A DNA stretch of 64,000 nucleotides from Deltaproteobacteria bacterium (lineage in GTDB: Bacteria > Myxococcota_A > UBA796 > CAJQPC01), in assembly GCA_016719515.1 (NCBI GenBank), contig JADJYZ010000037.1, positions 34,630 to 98,629 on the forward strand, in the 5' to 3' direction. Positions 1-10,280 of this stretch are shown here, piece after piece. The position numbers were made by a program, and so were the translations under genes. Within the stretch, counting starts at the first letter, position 1. Each line of letters opens with the position of its first letter. Under the pieces are notes generated by a model. The model saw only the letters and a list, made by a program, of their open reading frames with translations. It did not search any database and was not told the DNA's origin.

Positions 1-99
1 GTTTGTGGCCACCACGACCCCACCTTCTTGGGCCAGCGCGGGGCTCGCGCTCATCAGCAGGGCGGCGGCGAGGGCCGACCCCAACAACGTACGCAGCAT
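1..99 (-). CDS. N-terminus of a secreted protein (signal peptide MLRTLLGSALAAALLMSASPALA|QE); the CDS continues off the window
   Basis: Reverse-complement translation from the ATG at 97-99 gives a classic hydrophobic core plus AxA cleavage site; truncated by the window edge. Confidence 0.35.
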   Translation of the reverse strand, partial: MLRTLLGSALAAALLMSASPALAQEGGVVVATN

Positions 100-159
100 G
101 GACTCTCCTGGTCGACTACAGCGCGTCAGAGGGAAGTCTGCGTGAGACCGAGCGCCATG

Positions 160-507
160 TCAACCAGGGACACGCCCGTAGTCGTCCGAGTGCCGCACCA
201 CGTCGTCGGGGTGGGCGGTCGAGACCTCATAGACCTCGCAGTCGGTGATCCCGGTCATGCGGTGCTTTCGGCGCGGCGGGATGTGGCGCACATCGCCGGG
301 GCGCAGGTGGTGGGCCACCAAGGCGCCCGCGTCGTCCTCCAGGTCAAGCAACATCTCCCCCTGGGTGACGCGGATCGTCTCTTCCTTTTTTTCGTGGTGC
401 TGAAGCGACAGGCGGCGCCCGGCGAGGATCACGAGCACCTTCCCCAAATAGTCCGGGGTCTCGGCCCAGATCTCCTCATGGCCCCAAGGCTTCTCCACAC
501 GGCGCAC
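160..507 (-). CDS. cupin-domain protein (mannose-6-phosphate isomerase C-terminal-like)
   Basis: 115 aa; EKPWGHEEIW motif and double-stranded beta-helix signature typical of cupin_2/MPI type II. Confidence 0.7.
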   Translation of the reverse strand: MRRVEKPWGHEEIWAETPDYLGKVLVILAGRRLSLQHHEKKEETIRVTQGEMLLDLEDDAGALVAHHLRPGDVRHIPPRRKHRMTGITDCEVYEVSTAHPDDVVRHSDDYGRVPG

Positions 508-530
508 GGCGACTCCTAAGCGGTTTCGCC

Positions 531-1193
531 CTAGCGTACCCGCGTGAGGGTGGCCTCCGCCAGCCCGAGCGTGATCAACACGCCGGCCTTGGCTTTGTTG
601 GCCTCCTTCTCGTCGCCATAGGGGCCCACGCGCACATGCCAGCGGGTGACGCCCTCGTCTAAGGCCGCCACGGAGAAGGCCTTGAGCCCGGCGGTGGTCG
701 CCGCCTCCACCTTGGCCTTCGCCTCCTCCGCGCTCTCGACGGTGGCGATCTGCAAGGCGTAACCTGGGCCGGGCACGCTCCCGATCTGATCGCTCGGCGG
801 CGCGTCCGCCGCTTCACCCGCGGCGACGAGCAGCGTCTCCCCTTCCCCGGGCGCCGGGGGCGCGGGCAAGACCACGCTGACCTCGGTCTCGGTGAGCGCC
901 GTCGGGAAGCTCAGCACCCCGGCCTCGGTGGTCGTGGCCGTCTTCGCCGCGGCTTGCTCCACCTTCGCGAGCAGCTCGACCAAGGCGTCGCTCTCGACCT
1001 CAGCGGGGATCAGGCCGATGTCTTGGGTGATCACGACGGGCTCGGGCACCTTTCGTTGCCCAAGCTCAAGGCCGATAAAAAACGCCAAGATGGCCGTTGA
1101 GATGCTCATAATCCCCAACGCCGTGAGCTGGGCGCGGGAGAGCCAGATGGAGTCTTCGCCACGAACGCGAGGAGGAGCGTACATGCCGCGCAC
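531..1193 (-). CDS. SPOR-domain (peptidoglycan-binding) membrane protein, DedD/FtsN-like
   Basis: N-terminal TM helix (ALGIMSISTAILAFFIGL), Ala/Pro-rich linker, C-terminal SPOR fold (YALQIATVESAEEAKAKVEA...RWHVRVGPY). Confidence 0.75.
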   Translation of the reverse strand: MRGMYAPPRVRGEDSIWLSRAQLTALGIMSISTAILAFFIGLELGQRKVPEPVVITQDIGLIPAEVESDALVELLAKVEQAAAKTATTTEAGVLSFPTALTETEVSVVLPAPPAPGEGETLLVAAGEAADAPPSDQIGSVPGPGYALQIATVESAEEAKAKVEAATTAGLKAFSVAALDEGVTRWHVRVGPYGDEKEANKAKAGVLITLGLAEATLTRVR

Positions 1194-1289
1194 TATAACC
1201 TGATCCGAGGCTTAGTGTTGGCATGTCAAGTGCAATTGATCCGGGGCGATGGCGGCCCAGTCAACGCAGCCCAGTCAACGCAGCCCGGA

Positions 1290-1634
1290 TCAGCCCTCGC
1301 TGGTGCTGAGCCCGAGATCCATAAACCGGGTGGCGAAGGGCGTGACCTTCACCTCACGATCCACCAGCTCGGCCTCGGAGTGGGAGACGACGAGCTGGGT
1401 GACCTTGTCGAGCTCGGCCCGCAGGATCCCCGCGTCGTTGCCGACGAAGGCCACCCCCAGCACGGCGCGCTGGAGGTTGTCCATGTCTTCGACCTCGGCC
1501 ACGGCGGCGTTAAACCGCGCGGCGAGGCGGTCGCGCAGGCTGCGCACGACCTGCCGTTTGTCCTTGAGGCTGCGGGCCCAAGGCACCCGCAGCACAAACC
1601 GCGCCGTGGCGACGTGCATCTGCTCCTGCGTCAT
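1290..1634 (-). CDS. DUF503 (YlxP-like) protein
   Basis: 114 aa, MHVATARFVLRVPWARSLKDKR...; sits directly downstream of infB, as ylxP does in the nusA-infB operon. Confidence 0.8.
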   Translation of the reverse strand: MTQEQMHVATARFVLRVPWARSLKDKRQVVRSLRDRLAARFNAAVAEVEDMDNLQRAVLGVAFVGNDAGILRAELDKVTQLVVSHSEAELVDREVKVTPFATRFMDLGLSTSEG

Positions 1635-1646
1635 GGGTGACCCCGA

Positions 1647-4541
1647 TTAGACAGGAGAGACCATCTCCACGGTGTAGGACTCGAGCTCGTCGCCCTGCTT
1701 GATGTCGGTGAAGCCGTCCAAGGCGAGACCACACTCGTAGCCCTTCTCCACCTCGCGGACGTCGTCCTTGAAGCGGCGGAGCGAGTTGAGGCGGCCTTCC
1801 CAGATGACCACGTTGTCGCGGGTGAGGCGAACGGAGTGGGAGCGGGCGATCTTGCCGTCGAGGACAAAACAGCCCGCGACGTTGCCGATCTTGGGGATGC
1901 TGAACACCTCGCGGATGGCGACGTGGCCCTGGATCTTCTCCTCTTTGATCGGGGCGAGCATGCCGCCGAGCGCCTTCTTGATGTCGTCGAGGACATCGTA
2001 GATGACGCGGTAGGAGCGAACCTCAACACCCTTCTCTTCAGCGGCGCGCCGGGCCTTGGCGTCGGGGCGCACGTTGAAGCCGACGACGATGGCGCCGTAG
2101 GTGCCCGCCAAGGTGACGTCGGACTCGCTGACCGCGCCGACGCCGATGTGCAGGATGTTGACCTCGGTGCCCGGCACCTTCACGCCGCTGACGGCGCCCT
2201 TGAGGGCCTCCATCGAGCCCTGCACGTCGCCCTTGATGACGAGGTTGAGCTTCTTGATCTCGGACTCGGCCTGGGACGTGAAGAGATCCTGCAGGGTGAC
2301 CTTCGCGCGCTGGCCGGGCTCGCTGGCGCGGCGGGCGGACTCGGCGCGGTGATCGGCCAAGGTGCGGGCGTCTTTCTCCGTGGCGACGACGATGAAGGTG
2401 TCGCCGGGCTGCGGCGGCGTCTCAAGGCCGATGATCTCGACGGGGGTAGAGGGGCCGGCCGTCTTGAGGCGTTTGCCGACAAAGTCGGTCATCGCGCGGA
2501 TCTTGCCGAAGGTGCTGCCGAGCACGAGGGGATCGCCCTGCTTGAGCGTGCCGGTCTTGACGAGCAAGGTGGCCACGGCGCCGCGCCCGGTCTCGAGCTT
2601 GGCCTCAAGCACGATGCCTTCAGCGTTGCGGTCGGGGTCGCCCTTGATGTCTTCAAGCTCAGCGACGAGCAGGACGGCGTCGAGGAGATCGTCGATGCCC
2701 GTGCCCTTGAGCGCGGAGACGTTCACCATCAAGGTCTCACCGCCGAACTCTTCAGGGACGAGGCCATACTCCATGAGCTTGGTGCGGATGTTCTCCGGCT
2801 TCACGCCGGGCTTGTCGCACTTGTTCACGGCGACCACGATGGGGACCTTGGCGGCCTTGGCGTGGTTGATGGACTCCACCGTCTGGGGCATCACGCCGTC
2901 GTCAGCGGCGACGACGAGGATGACGATGTCCGTGGCCTGGGCGCCGCGGGCGCGCATCTCGGTGAAGGCGGTGTGACCGGGGGTGTCGATGAACGTCACC
3001 CACTCCTGACCACGCTTGACCTGGTAGGCGCCGATGTGCTGGGTGATGCCGCCGGCCTCGCCCGAGGCGACCTTCGTCTTGCGGATGGCGTCGAGCAGCG
3101 TCGTCTTGCCGTGGTCGACGTGACCCATGACCGTGACGACCGGCGGGCGCTTGACCGCGTTCACGTCGGCCTGCTGCACGTCCTCAAGCACCTCGGCCTC
3201 GTTGAAGCCGACGTTGACGATCTCGTACTCGAACTCCTGGGCGACGAGGGTGGCGGTGTCGAGGTCGAGCTGCTCGTTGACCGTCGCCTGAACACCCATG
3301 CCCAAGAGGACCTTGATCACTTCAGGGGCGCGCACGCCGAGCTCGTGGGAGAGCTGGCGGACGGAGACGGTGTTGTCGATCTGGATCTTGCGCTTCTGAG
3401 CCTTGGGCTTGGGGCTCATCAGGCGGTTGTTGACCGCGCCCTTCTTGGGACGTTTGCGCTGGAGCTTGGCGTCCATGCCGTCGAGGGCCTCGACACGACC
3501 GCGCTTGCGGTTGCGGCGGCTCTCTTCTTCAGACGTCCCAGGCTGGCCGGGGCCGGGGGGGCCTCCGAAGTTGCCGGGCTGCTGCTGCATGCCGCCGCGC
3601 TGATCGGGGCGAGGGCCGCGGTTGTCCCCTTGCTGCGCCTGGGCGCCGGGGGTGGGCACACGCTGGCCGGGGCCGCCTTGATTACGATCGTTGGGGCCAC
3701 GATCGTTCGGACCCCGATCGTTCGGGCCGCGGGGCTGCGGCGCCGCGCGGCTGGCGCGGGGATCGTTGGGGTCGTAGCCCGGGGGCGGACGCACCACCGC
3801 GCGGCCGAGGCCGGGGAGGCGGGGGCGATCGGACTCGGCCTGGGGCTTGGAGGGATCGTAGCCCGGGGGCGGACGCACCACGGCGCGACCGAGGCCCGGC
3901 AGACGCGGCAGCTCACCTTCAGGGGAGCCTTCGCGGGGCTGGGCGGCGGCCCGTGGGGGCGGACGCGGGGGCTCGGGCGGGCGGGGCGGCGGCGCGGCGC
4001 GGACCGGCACACGACGCGTAGGCTCGGCGGGCGCCTCGACGACGGGCGCGGCGGCGACCGGGGCCACGACGGGCGCGGCGGGCGCAGGCTCGGGGGAGGC
4101 GACCTCAACCGGCGGCGCCACGGGCTCAACGACCACCGGGGCGGGCGCAGGAGCCTCGACCACCACAGGGGCGGGCGTGGCGGCGGCAGCCTCGACGACG
4201 GGCGCCTCCACGACTGGGGCCACAGCCACCGGCGGAGGGGCCTCAACCACTGGGGGAGGCGCAACAACCGGCGCGGGCTCGCGGTAGGCTTCACGCTCGA
4301 CAGGATCGGCTTTGCGAAGGCGCGTCACCGGAGGCGGAGGGGGCGGCGCGGGACGGGCCGGCTGCGTCGGGCGATCGTTACGACGGCGGATCACGTCGCT
4401 GGTGACGCGGGTCTCGACCTCCTTGGGAGGCTCAACGGGGCCCTCTCCGGGGCGGCGCCGAGCAACCGGCGGTGGGGTCTGCGCTGGCTTGCTCGGGCTC
4501 GGCTTGGAGGTAATCCGGTCGAGCAGGTCCTTCTTTGACAT
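1647..4541 (-). CDS. infB: translation initiation factor IF-2
   Basis: G-domain [25 protein letters not shown]; Pro/Ala-rich N-terminal region with tandem repeats. The start was set at [10 protein letters not shown] (residue 112 of the ORF-track ORF) because the upstream 111 aa are low-complexity wrong-frame-like sequence. Confidence 0.95.
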   Translation of the reverse strand: MSKKDLLDRITSKPSPSKPAQTPPPVARRRPGEGPVEPPKEVETRVTSDVIRRRNDRPTQPARPAPPPPPPVTRLRKADPVEREAYREPAPVVAPPPVVEAPPPVAVAPVVEAPVVEAAAATPAPVVVEAPAPAPVVVEPVAPPVEVASPEPAPAAPVVAPVAAAPVVEAPAEPTRRVPVRAAPPPRPPEPPRPPPRAAAQPREGSPEGELPRLPGLGRAVVRPPPGYDPSKPQAESDRPRLPGLGRAVVRPPPGYDPNDPRASRAAPQPRGPNDRGPNDRGPNDRNQGGPGQRVPTPGAQAQQGDNRGPRPDQRGGMQQQPGNFGGPPGPGQPGTSEEESRRNRKRGRVEALDGMDAKLQRKRPKKGAVNNRLMSPKPKAQKRKIQIDNTVSVRQLSHELGVRAPEVIKVLLGMGVQATVNEQLDLDTATLVAQEFEYEIVNVGFNEAEVLEDVQQADVNAVKRPPVVTVMGHVDHGKTTLLDAIRKTKVASGEAGGITQHIGAYQVKRGQEWVTFIDTPGHTAFTEMRARGAQATDIVILVVAADDGVMPQTVESINHAKAAKVPIVVAVNKCDKPGVKPENIRTKLMEYGLVPEEFGGETLMVNVSALKGTGIDDLLDAVLLVAELEDIKGDPDRNAEGIVLEAKLETGRGAVATLLVKTGTLKQGDPLVLGSTFGKIRAMTDFVGKRLKTAGPSTPVEIIGLETPPQPGDTFIVVATEKDARTLADHRAESARRASEPGQRAKVTLQDLFTSQAESEIKKLNLVIKGDVQGSMEALKGAVSGVKVPGTEVNILHIGVGAVSESDVTLAGTYGAIVVGFNVRPDAKARRAAEEKGVEVRSYRVIYDVLDDIKKALGGMLAPIKEEKIQGHVAIREVFSIPKIGNVAGCFVLDGKIARSHSVRLTRDNVVIWEGRLNSLRRFKDDVREVEKGYECGLALDGFTDIKQGDELESYTVEMVSPV

Positions 4542-4704
4542 TCGATTCCTTTCGCGCCTCTCCATCGCTTGGGAGAGGGTACAAGATTCGCCCGAGCACT
4601 CTCCGCCTTCACAGCGTCGGGCCCTTCGATGATGCAGGGCCACTGAGCTATCGCGCCAGCGCCCAAAGTTCAACCTTCGCCTGCGAGCGAGGAGAGAGGA
4701 TCCC

Positions 4705-5274
4705 CTAACGCAGCGCCGCCTGCCAACGCAACTCCCGCAGGAGCGCGCGGGAGGCCGCTGACCGCCGGACGACGAGCGCGGATCGTGCTCCTTTGCCGAT
4801 TCGTTGACCCAGCTCGTCAACGCTGAGGTGGACGGTGAACACCGGGAGCGCCCCGGCGCGGCTGCGCAGGTCATCGCAGAGGCGCGGGCTCGTGTCGTTC
4901 GCCAAGACGAGGCACTCGGCGAGACCCGAGACCAAGGCGTCGCGAACGGCGTCTTTGCCCCCGGTCAGCACGCCGCTGCGCGAGGCGATGGCCAAGGCCT
5001 CCTCGACCGCGCGCTGGTTGGCCTCTTGCACCTTGAGCAAGAGCCCCGCCGTGCGGGCTTGGGTAGACCAAGCGCGACTGCACAAGCCGGGCTTCTTCTC
5101 AAGCTCCTCGATGGCGGCGCGGTTGGGCGTCACCCAGGCGCCACGACCGCCGAGACGGGCTCGGTAGTCGGGGAAGACCTCGCCCTCTGGGGAGAGGACG
5201 AGGCGCAGCAGCGCCCCGGAGGGGCCTGATTCCCGGTTGACCAGGCAGCGGCGCTCAGGATCTTCAGCCCCCAT
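4705..5274 (-). CDS. YlxR (DUF448) fused to an L7Ae/YlxQ-like RNA-binding domain
   Basis: N-terminal RRCLVNRESGPSGALLRLV... (DUF448); C-terminal GVLTGGKDAVRDALVSGLAECLVLANDTSPRL (L7Ae-like); lies between nusA and infB. Confidence 0.75.
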   Translation of the reverse strand: MGAEDPERRCLVNRESGPSGALLRLVLSPEGEVFPDYRARLGGRGAWVTPNRAAIEELEKKPGLCSRAWSTQARTAGLLLKVQEANQRAVEEALAIASRSGVLTGGKDAVRDALVSGLAECLVLANDTSPRLCDDLRSRAGALPVFTVHLSVDELGQRIGKGARSALVVRRSAASRALLRELRWQAALR

Positions 5275-5280
5275 GCAGGC

Positions 5281-6591
5281 TCAGGCGTCCGCTTCAGGCG
5301 GGAGATCATCAGCGATCTCGTTCGCCTGCTTCTTGCGCTGGGAGTCCTCATAGATGAGGGCGTCCAGCACCTTGTCCGCGTGGCTGATGAGGGAGGCGGC
5401 CTCCTCCTCTTCGACGTCGAGGATCGACGCGAGCTCGTAGGGCTCGGCGTCGGTGAGATCTTTGACGGTGCGGAAGCCGTGGCGGATGAGCAGCTCGATG
5501 GTGTCGGCGTCGACACCCTCCAGGCGGGCGAACTCGCCGCGGGCGAGATCGTTGAGCTCGGCGTGCCGGGTCTCGGAGTAGATGTCTACGCGCCAGCCGG
5601 TGAGCTGGGCCGCGAGGCGCACGTTCTGGCCGCGGCGGCCGATGGCCTTGGAGAGCTGCTCGTCGGGGACGATGAGCTCCATGCAGTGCGTGTGCTCGTC
5701 GATGTAGACGCGGGACACGCTGGCCGGGGCGATGGCGTGAACGATGAACCGCGCCGGATCGGGGTGGTAAGGGATGATGTCGATCGCCTCACCACGCAGC
5801 TCTTGCACCACCGCCTGAACGCGTGAGCCCTTGAGGCCCACGCAGGCGCCGACCGGATCGACGTCGGGATCCGTCGAAGACACGGCGATCTTGGCGCGGA
5901 AGCCCGGCTCGCGGGCGCAGGCCTCGATCCGCACGATGCCCTCGTAGATCTCCGGCACCTCAAGCTCAAAGAGCTTCATCAACAGGCCGGGGTGCGAGCG
6001 CGAGAGCACCACCTGAGAGGACTTCGCCGCCCGGGTGATGTCGAGCACGTAGGCCTGGATGCGGTCGCCTTGGCGGTAGGTCTCGGAGACCACCTGCTCA
6101 CGGCGGGGGAGGATGGCCTCGGCGCGGCCCAAGTCCACGATGATGTTGCCCTTCTCGAAGCGCCGAACGATGCCGGTGATGAGCTCACCTTTGCGGTCGC
6201 GGAACTCGTTGAAGGTCATCTCACGCTCGGCGTCGCGAACGCGCTGGATGATGACCTGCTTGGCCGTCTGGGCGGCGATGCGGCCCAAGCCCTCGACGTC
6301 CATCTTGATGCCCAAGGAGTCGCCGACCTCACAGTCCGGATCGAGGGCGCGGGCCTCCTCGATGAGGATCTCGGTGTCGTTGTTGTCGAACTCCTCAACC
6401 ACCGTCTTGAACTCGAACAGCTCCACCTCACCCAGCTCCTCGTTGAACTGGGCCTCGATGTCGCGCTCGTTGCCGAAGCGCTTCCGCGCGGCGGCGACCA
6501 TAGCGGACTCAAGAACCTCGATCACCGCGTCGCGGGGGATGTTCTTCTCGCGGTGGAGCATGTCGATCTGTCGGGCGAGCTCGCTGATCAT
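5281..6591 (-). CDS. nusA: transcription termination/antitermination factor NusA
   Basis: 436 aa; N-terminal domain plus S1 and KH1/KH2 domains ([21 protein letters not shown]...). Confidence 0.95.
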   Translation of the reverse strand: MISELARQIDMLHREKNIPRDAVIEVLESAMVAAARKRFGNERDIEAQFNEELGEVELFEFKTVVEEFDNNDTEILIEEARALDPDCEVGDSLGIKMDVEGLGRIAAQTAKQVIIQRVRDAEREMTFNEFRDRKGELITGIVRRFEKGNIIVDLGRAEAILPRREQVVSETYRQGDRIQAYVLDITRAAKSSQVVLSRSHPGLLMKLFELEVPEIYEGIVRIEACAREPGFRAKIAVSSTDPDVDPVGACVGLKGSRVQAVVQELRGEAIDIIPYHPDPARFIVHAIAPASVSRVYIDEHTHCMELIVPDEQLSKAIGRRGQNVRLAAQLTGWRVDIYSETRHAELNDLARGEFARLEGVDADTIELLIRHGFRTVKDLTDAEPYELASILDVEEEEAASLISHADKVLDALIYEDSQRKKQANEIADDLPPEADA

Positions 6592-7133
6592 GGCGAACCT
6601 CCATCGGGGTCGGGGCGCGGTGGCGACGACTCGGCCAAAGACTCGTACTCGTCGAGCGTGAGCTGGAGCTGAGCGCGGACGATCTGGGCCAGGGGAATCG
6701 AGTGCGGCTGGCCGTCGGCCTCGATCAGCACCGCGTCACCGTCGAGCCCCTTGAGGCGGCCGGTGATCTGGCGGCGCGAGGCGGTGCCGTCTAAACGAAG
6801 ACGGCAGCGGTAGCCGGAGAACTTGGCGAAGTCAGCGGGCCGCTGAAGCGGGCGCTCGATGCCGGGGGAGGAGACCTCAAGGTCGTACGCCCCGGAGATG
6901 GGATCCTCGACGTCAAGCAGGGCCGAGAGCGCGTGGCTGAGCTTGGCGAGGGGGTTCATGATGACGCCGCCGGGGCGATCCACCGAGACGCGCAGCGTGC
7001 GGCGCCCGAAGGTGTTGGTCAGCTCGACGGCGACAAGCTCGTACCCCAACGACACGGCGACGGGCTCAAACAGCGCGAAGAGCTGCGCTTGAATCGGCCG
7101 AATGTCGGTGGTGGGGCGTGGAGACTCGGACAT
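6588..7133 (-). CDS. rimP: ribosome maturation factor RimP
   Basis: [21 protein letters not shown]...[13 protein letters not shown]; 4-nt overlap with the nusA start; start reset to MSESPRP. Confidence 0.9.
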   Translation of the reverse strand: MSESPRPTTDIRPIQAQLFALFEPVAVSLGYELVAVELTNTFGRRTLRVSVDRPGGVIMNPLAKLSHALSALLDVEDPISGAYDLEVSSPGIERPLQRPADFAKFSGYRCRLRLDGTASRRQITGRLKGLDGDAVLIEADGQPHSIPLAQIVRAQLQLTLDEYESLAESSPPRPDPDGGSP

Positions 7134-7295
7134 GTTGAGGAGGACCGGCGGGATGAGGTTCAGGAGGTGATGGCCACGCCGAGGCCAAAAAAAAGGAGCC
7201 GCCCGGGGGGGCGCCTCCTCGATGAAGGAAGCAGGGACGATTCTTCTATGTCCGCGCGCACCCGCTGTCAAGCGCGGTCAAGCGCAGCCACAGCA

Positions 7296-8171
7296 TCAGG
7301 AGCCGAGGAGCGTCTTGGCCTCTTTGGCGGCCTTGCTCTTGGGGTACTTCGCGACGACGTCCTCCCAGAAGAGCTTCGCCGCGTCGTTGTTCCCCATCGC
7401 CTTGAAACACTCCCCTTGGCGCACCATCGCCCACGGCGCCCACACGCTGTCCGGGGCCTGGGTGGCGACCTCGTCGAACTTCAAGGCCGCGGACTTGTAG
7501 TTCTTCTCGTTGTAGTAGGTCTCGGCGAGGCGATAGCGGGCCTCGACGGCGCGGGCGTGGTTGGGGTTCTCGCGTAAGAAGCGCTCAAGCTGGGCCCGGG
7601 CGAGCACGGGCTGGTTGGCCTTGAGCGACTCTTCAGCCATACGGATGAGGTCGTCGGGGGTGGCCGCGAGCTCGACCTCTTTGGGAGGGCCTACGGGAGC
7701 GGTGATCTCGCCGCCACCGGCGGGCGGGGCGACGGCGACCTGGCCGCCGGGGATCGGCGCGGCGGGAGGCTTGACGCCCAGCGCCTTCTCTAAGGTGGCG
7801 ACGCGCAGCTCCATGTACTCCAAGCGGAACTGGGCGTCCTCGCGGAAGGCCTTGGTGGCCGTGTTGCTGGCGTCGGCCTCGTGCTGGCCGGTCTCGAGCT
7901 CACCCCGCAGGCGGCGGACCTCGTCGCGCACCTGATCGAGGTTCTCCAGCTTCTCGGCCTCTTGTTGGCCGCGGTAACGCACGACCTCGTCGAGCTGCAC
8001 GAGGCGGCGCTCAAGATCGGCGTTGAGGCGCTCTAGCTCATCGGCGCGGGCCTTCTGGGCCGCTAACTCACGCTCATACGCCGCCGTGGCGGACTGGCCG
8101 GTGCGGTCGAGCACGCAGCCGTTGAGCAGGCCGAGGCCAACGCTGAGCAGGACGAGGCGGCGGGGGCTCAC
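7296..8171 (-). CDS. cpoB: cell-division coordinator CpoB/YbgF (Tol-Pal associated): N-terminal coiled coil plus C-terminal TPR
   Basis: Signal peptide with LLNGC, long coiled coil, C-terminal TPR (AEARYRLAETYYNEKNYKSAALKFDEV...AKYPKSKAAKEAK). Confidence 0.8.
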   Translation of the reverse strand: MSPRRLVLLSVGLGLLNGCVLDRTGQSATAAYERELAAQKARADELERLNADLERRLVQLDEVVRYRGQQEAEKLENLDQVRDEVRRLRGELETGQHEADASNTATKAFREDAQFRLEYMELRVATLEKALGVKPPAAPIPGGQVAVAPPAGGGEITAPVGPPKEVELAATPDDLIRMAEESLKANQPVLARAQLERFLRENPNHARAVEARYRLAETYYNEKNYKSAALKFDEVATQAPDSVWAPWAMVRQGECFKAMGNNDAAKLFWEDVVAKYPKSKAAKEAKTLLGS

Positions 8172-8899
8172 CGGGTCACCCGGAGCTCAACGCGGCGGTT
8201 GGCGGACCAGACGTCCTCGCCGGAGCCCGCGCGGGTGGGGCGCTCCTCACCGTAGGTCACGGAGTCGATGCGGGACGGGGGCACACCTTGGCTCACGAGG
8301 TACTCGCGGACGGCGTTCGCCCGGCGCTGGCCCAAGGCGAGGTTGTAGTCGGTGGTGCCGCGCTCGTCGGTGTGGCCCTCTAGGCGAATACGCTCGGTGC
8401 GGCGGGAGAGGCAGGGCACCAAGGCGTTGAGCGCGGTGCGCTGGTCGGGGCGCAGGGAGTTGCTGTCGAGGTCGAAGTAGATCGTGGCCTTGTCGCAGAC
8501 GGCGTTGGCGTTCGCCGCCATGAGCGAGAGGCCCCGGCGCAGGGTGGACTGCTGGCCGCTGGGGAGCTTGACCGTGATGTCTACCGAGCCCTCGGGCAAG
8601 GCGGGGACCATGACGTCGAGGGTGTTCGCATCGACGAAGGTGACCGACGAGGCCGGGGTGCCGCTGAAGCTCACCGTCGAGCCTTGGGCGAACTCGGAGC
8701 CGTAGATGCGGGCCGAGAAGGGCTTGTTGGCGTCGCCCAGGGCCGGGTCGATGGAGATGATCTGCAGCGCGACGTCCACCGCGGGGATGTCCACGGCGAT
8801 GGTGTCATCAGGCACCTCCTCGATCTTCTTGTCGCGACACTTGGCCGCGAGCAGCGTCGGGGCCAGCATGAGGAGGAGCACGAGGCGCGCGCGAGACAT
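8168..8899 (-). CDS. OmpA-family (Pal-like) outer-membrane protein with an internal IPT/TIG Ig-like domain
   Basis: C-terminal OmpA_C (RIRLEGHTDERGTTDYNLALGQRRANAVREYL); middle TIG-like beta domain; overlaps the cpoB start; start reset to MSRARLVLLL. Confidence 0.8.
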   Translation of the reverse strand: MSRARLVLLLMLAPTLLAAKCRDKKIEEVPDDTIAVDIPAVDVALQIISIDPALGDANKPFSARIYGSEFAQGSTVSFSGTPASSVTFVDANTLDVMVPALPEGSVDITVKLPSGQQSTLRRGLSLMAANANAVCDKATIYFDLDSNSLRPDQRTALNALVPCLSRRTERIRLEGHTDERGTTDYNLALGQRRANAVREYLVSQGVPPSRIDSVTYGEERPTRAGSGEDVWSANRRVELRVTR

Positions 8900-9068
8900 G
8901 ACGACTCCGAATGCAGCGTCATCGCTGCGAGGCACACACACACTTTTAACCCGATAATGGGTACGCGGTCTCTCTTGTCATGTCAAGTCATCACCGAGGC
9001 TTCACCTGAACCCCAACAACGCCCCCAGCGCCCCTCCCTTCGCCGTTGTCTGCGGCCTGCTCTGCGTC

Positions 9069-10280
9069 TTGAGCGCGGCGGGCGTCGTGGCGCTGGGCGA
9101 CCTGCGCGGCGCGGCGACGGCGTTTGTTGGCCTCACCAGCCTGTGGTCCCTCGGGGCGCTGGGCGCGGCGTGGGCGCACCGGGATCAACCCTCCGCCGCC
9201 TGGGGCTGGCTGGCCTTGGGCGCGGCGCTGCGTGTGGCGATGCTCTTCTCTCCGGCGAGCCTCTCCGATGACGTCTACCGCTATCTCTGGGAGGGTGAGG
9301 TGATCGCCGCCGGGCTCAACCCGTTCTTGTACGCGCCGAGCGACCCTGCGCTCACGCCGCTGCGGGATGCGGTCTGGGCCCAGGTGAACCACAAGGACGT
9401 CTCGACGATCTACCCGCCGGGGGCCTTGTGGCTGTTTCGTGGCGTGGTGGCGCTCACGGCCTCGCCCGTGGGCTGGAAGATCCTGTCCGGGGCCTGTGAT
9501 CTCGGCGTGGCGGCGATCTTGTGGCGGCTGTGCGCGGCGCGCGGGATCGCCGCCTGGGCGCCCGTGGCCTACGCGCTGCACCCCTTGCCGATCATCGAGA
9601 CCGCGGGGAGCGGGCATCTGGAGGGGCCCGCGGTCTTGGGGATGATGTTGAGCTTCACGTTTGCCCAGAGGCCGGGCCTCGCCGCGCTCTTCGCCTGGGC
9701 CGGCGCCTCGGTGAAGCTCTTGCCGGGCCTGGTGATCTTGGCCTTGGCCCGCACACCCAGCCGGGGCCTCGCCCTCGGCGTGCTTGTGGGGCTGCTCGCC
9801 ATCGTGGCGTTGGGCCTGCCCTTTGTAGACGCCGGGAGCGCGCTTGGCCGAGGCTTCGGGCGGTACTACGAGGCCTGGGCGTTCAACGGCCTCGCCTTCT
9901 CGTTCTTGGAGGCGCTCACCGGGGACGGGCAGCGGGCGCGCTGGCTGGGCGTGGCCTTGGGCGGGCTCTACTGCGGAAACATTCTGCGCCAGGGGCCCAG
10001 CCCGGATCGCCTGATGCTGCACGTCGCCGGGGCGCTCTTGGTGCTCTCCCCGGTGGTTCACCCTTGGTATGTCTTGTGGGCCTTGGCCCCGGCGATGCTG
10101 CGCGGGGTGTGGCCGTGGCTGGTGTTCGCCTCGTTGTGCCCCTTGTCGTACCTGGCGCTCGCTGAGTACGATGTCCGAGGTTGGCAGGAGGTCTGGTGGA
10201 TCCCGTGGATCGAACATCCGGCGCTCTGGCTGAGCCTCCTCGTGTGGTGGGCTCGCTCGACGCCGCCCTCGCCGGGCTGA
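9069..10280 (+). CDS. polytopic membrane glycosyltransferase, GT-C fold (DUF2029/GT87-like)
   Basis: About 10 predicted TM helices; first-loop acidic motif LSDDVYRYLWEGEVIAAGLNPFLY resembles DUF2029 mannosyltransferases. Confidence 0.6.
   Translation: MSAAGVVALGDLRGAATAFVGLTSLWSLGALGAAWAHRDQPSAAWGWLALGAALRVAMLFSPASLSDDVYRYLWEGEVIAAGLNPFLYAPSDPALTPLRDAVWAQVNHKDVSTIYPPGALWLFRGVVALTASPVGWKILSGACDLGVAAILWRLCAARGIAAWAPVAYALHPLPIIETAGSGHLEGPAVLGMMLSFTFAQRPGLAALFAWAGASVKLLPGLVILALARTPSRGLALGVLVGLLAIVALGLPFVDAGSALGRGFGRYYEAWAFNGLAFSFLEALTGDGQRARWLGVALGGLYCGNILRQGPSPDRLMLHVAGALLVLSPVVHPWYVLWALAPAMLRGVWPWLVFASLCPLSYLALAEYDVRGWQEVWWIPWIEHPALWLSLLVWWARSTPPSPG

Noticed and set aside
1836-4538. 900-aa plus-strand ORF
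   Set aside because: Exactly antisense to infB. Its translation is G/R/A/D-rich low-complexity sequence typical of the reverse strand of a high-GC gene; no motifs.
8991-10217. 408-aa minus-strand ORF
   Set aside because: Antisense to the GT-C membrane protein gene; R/P/G-rich junk.
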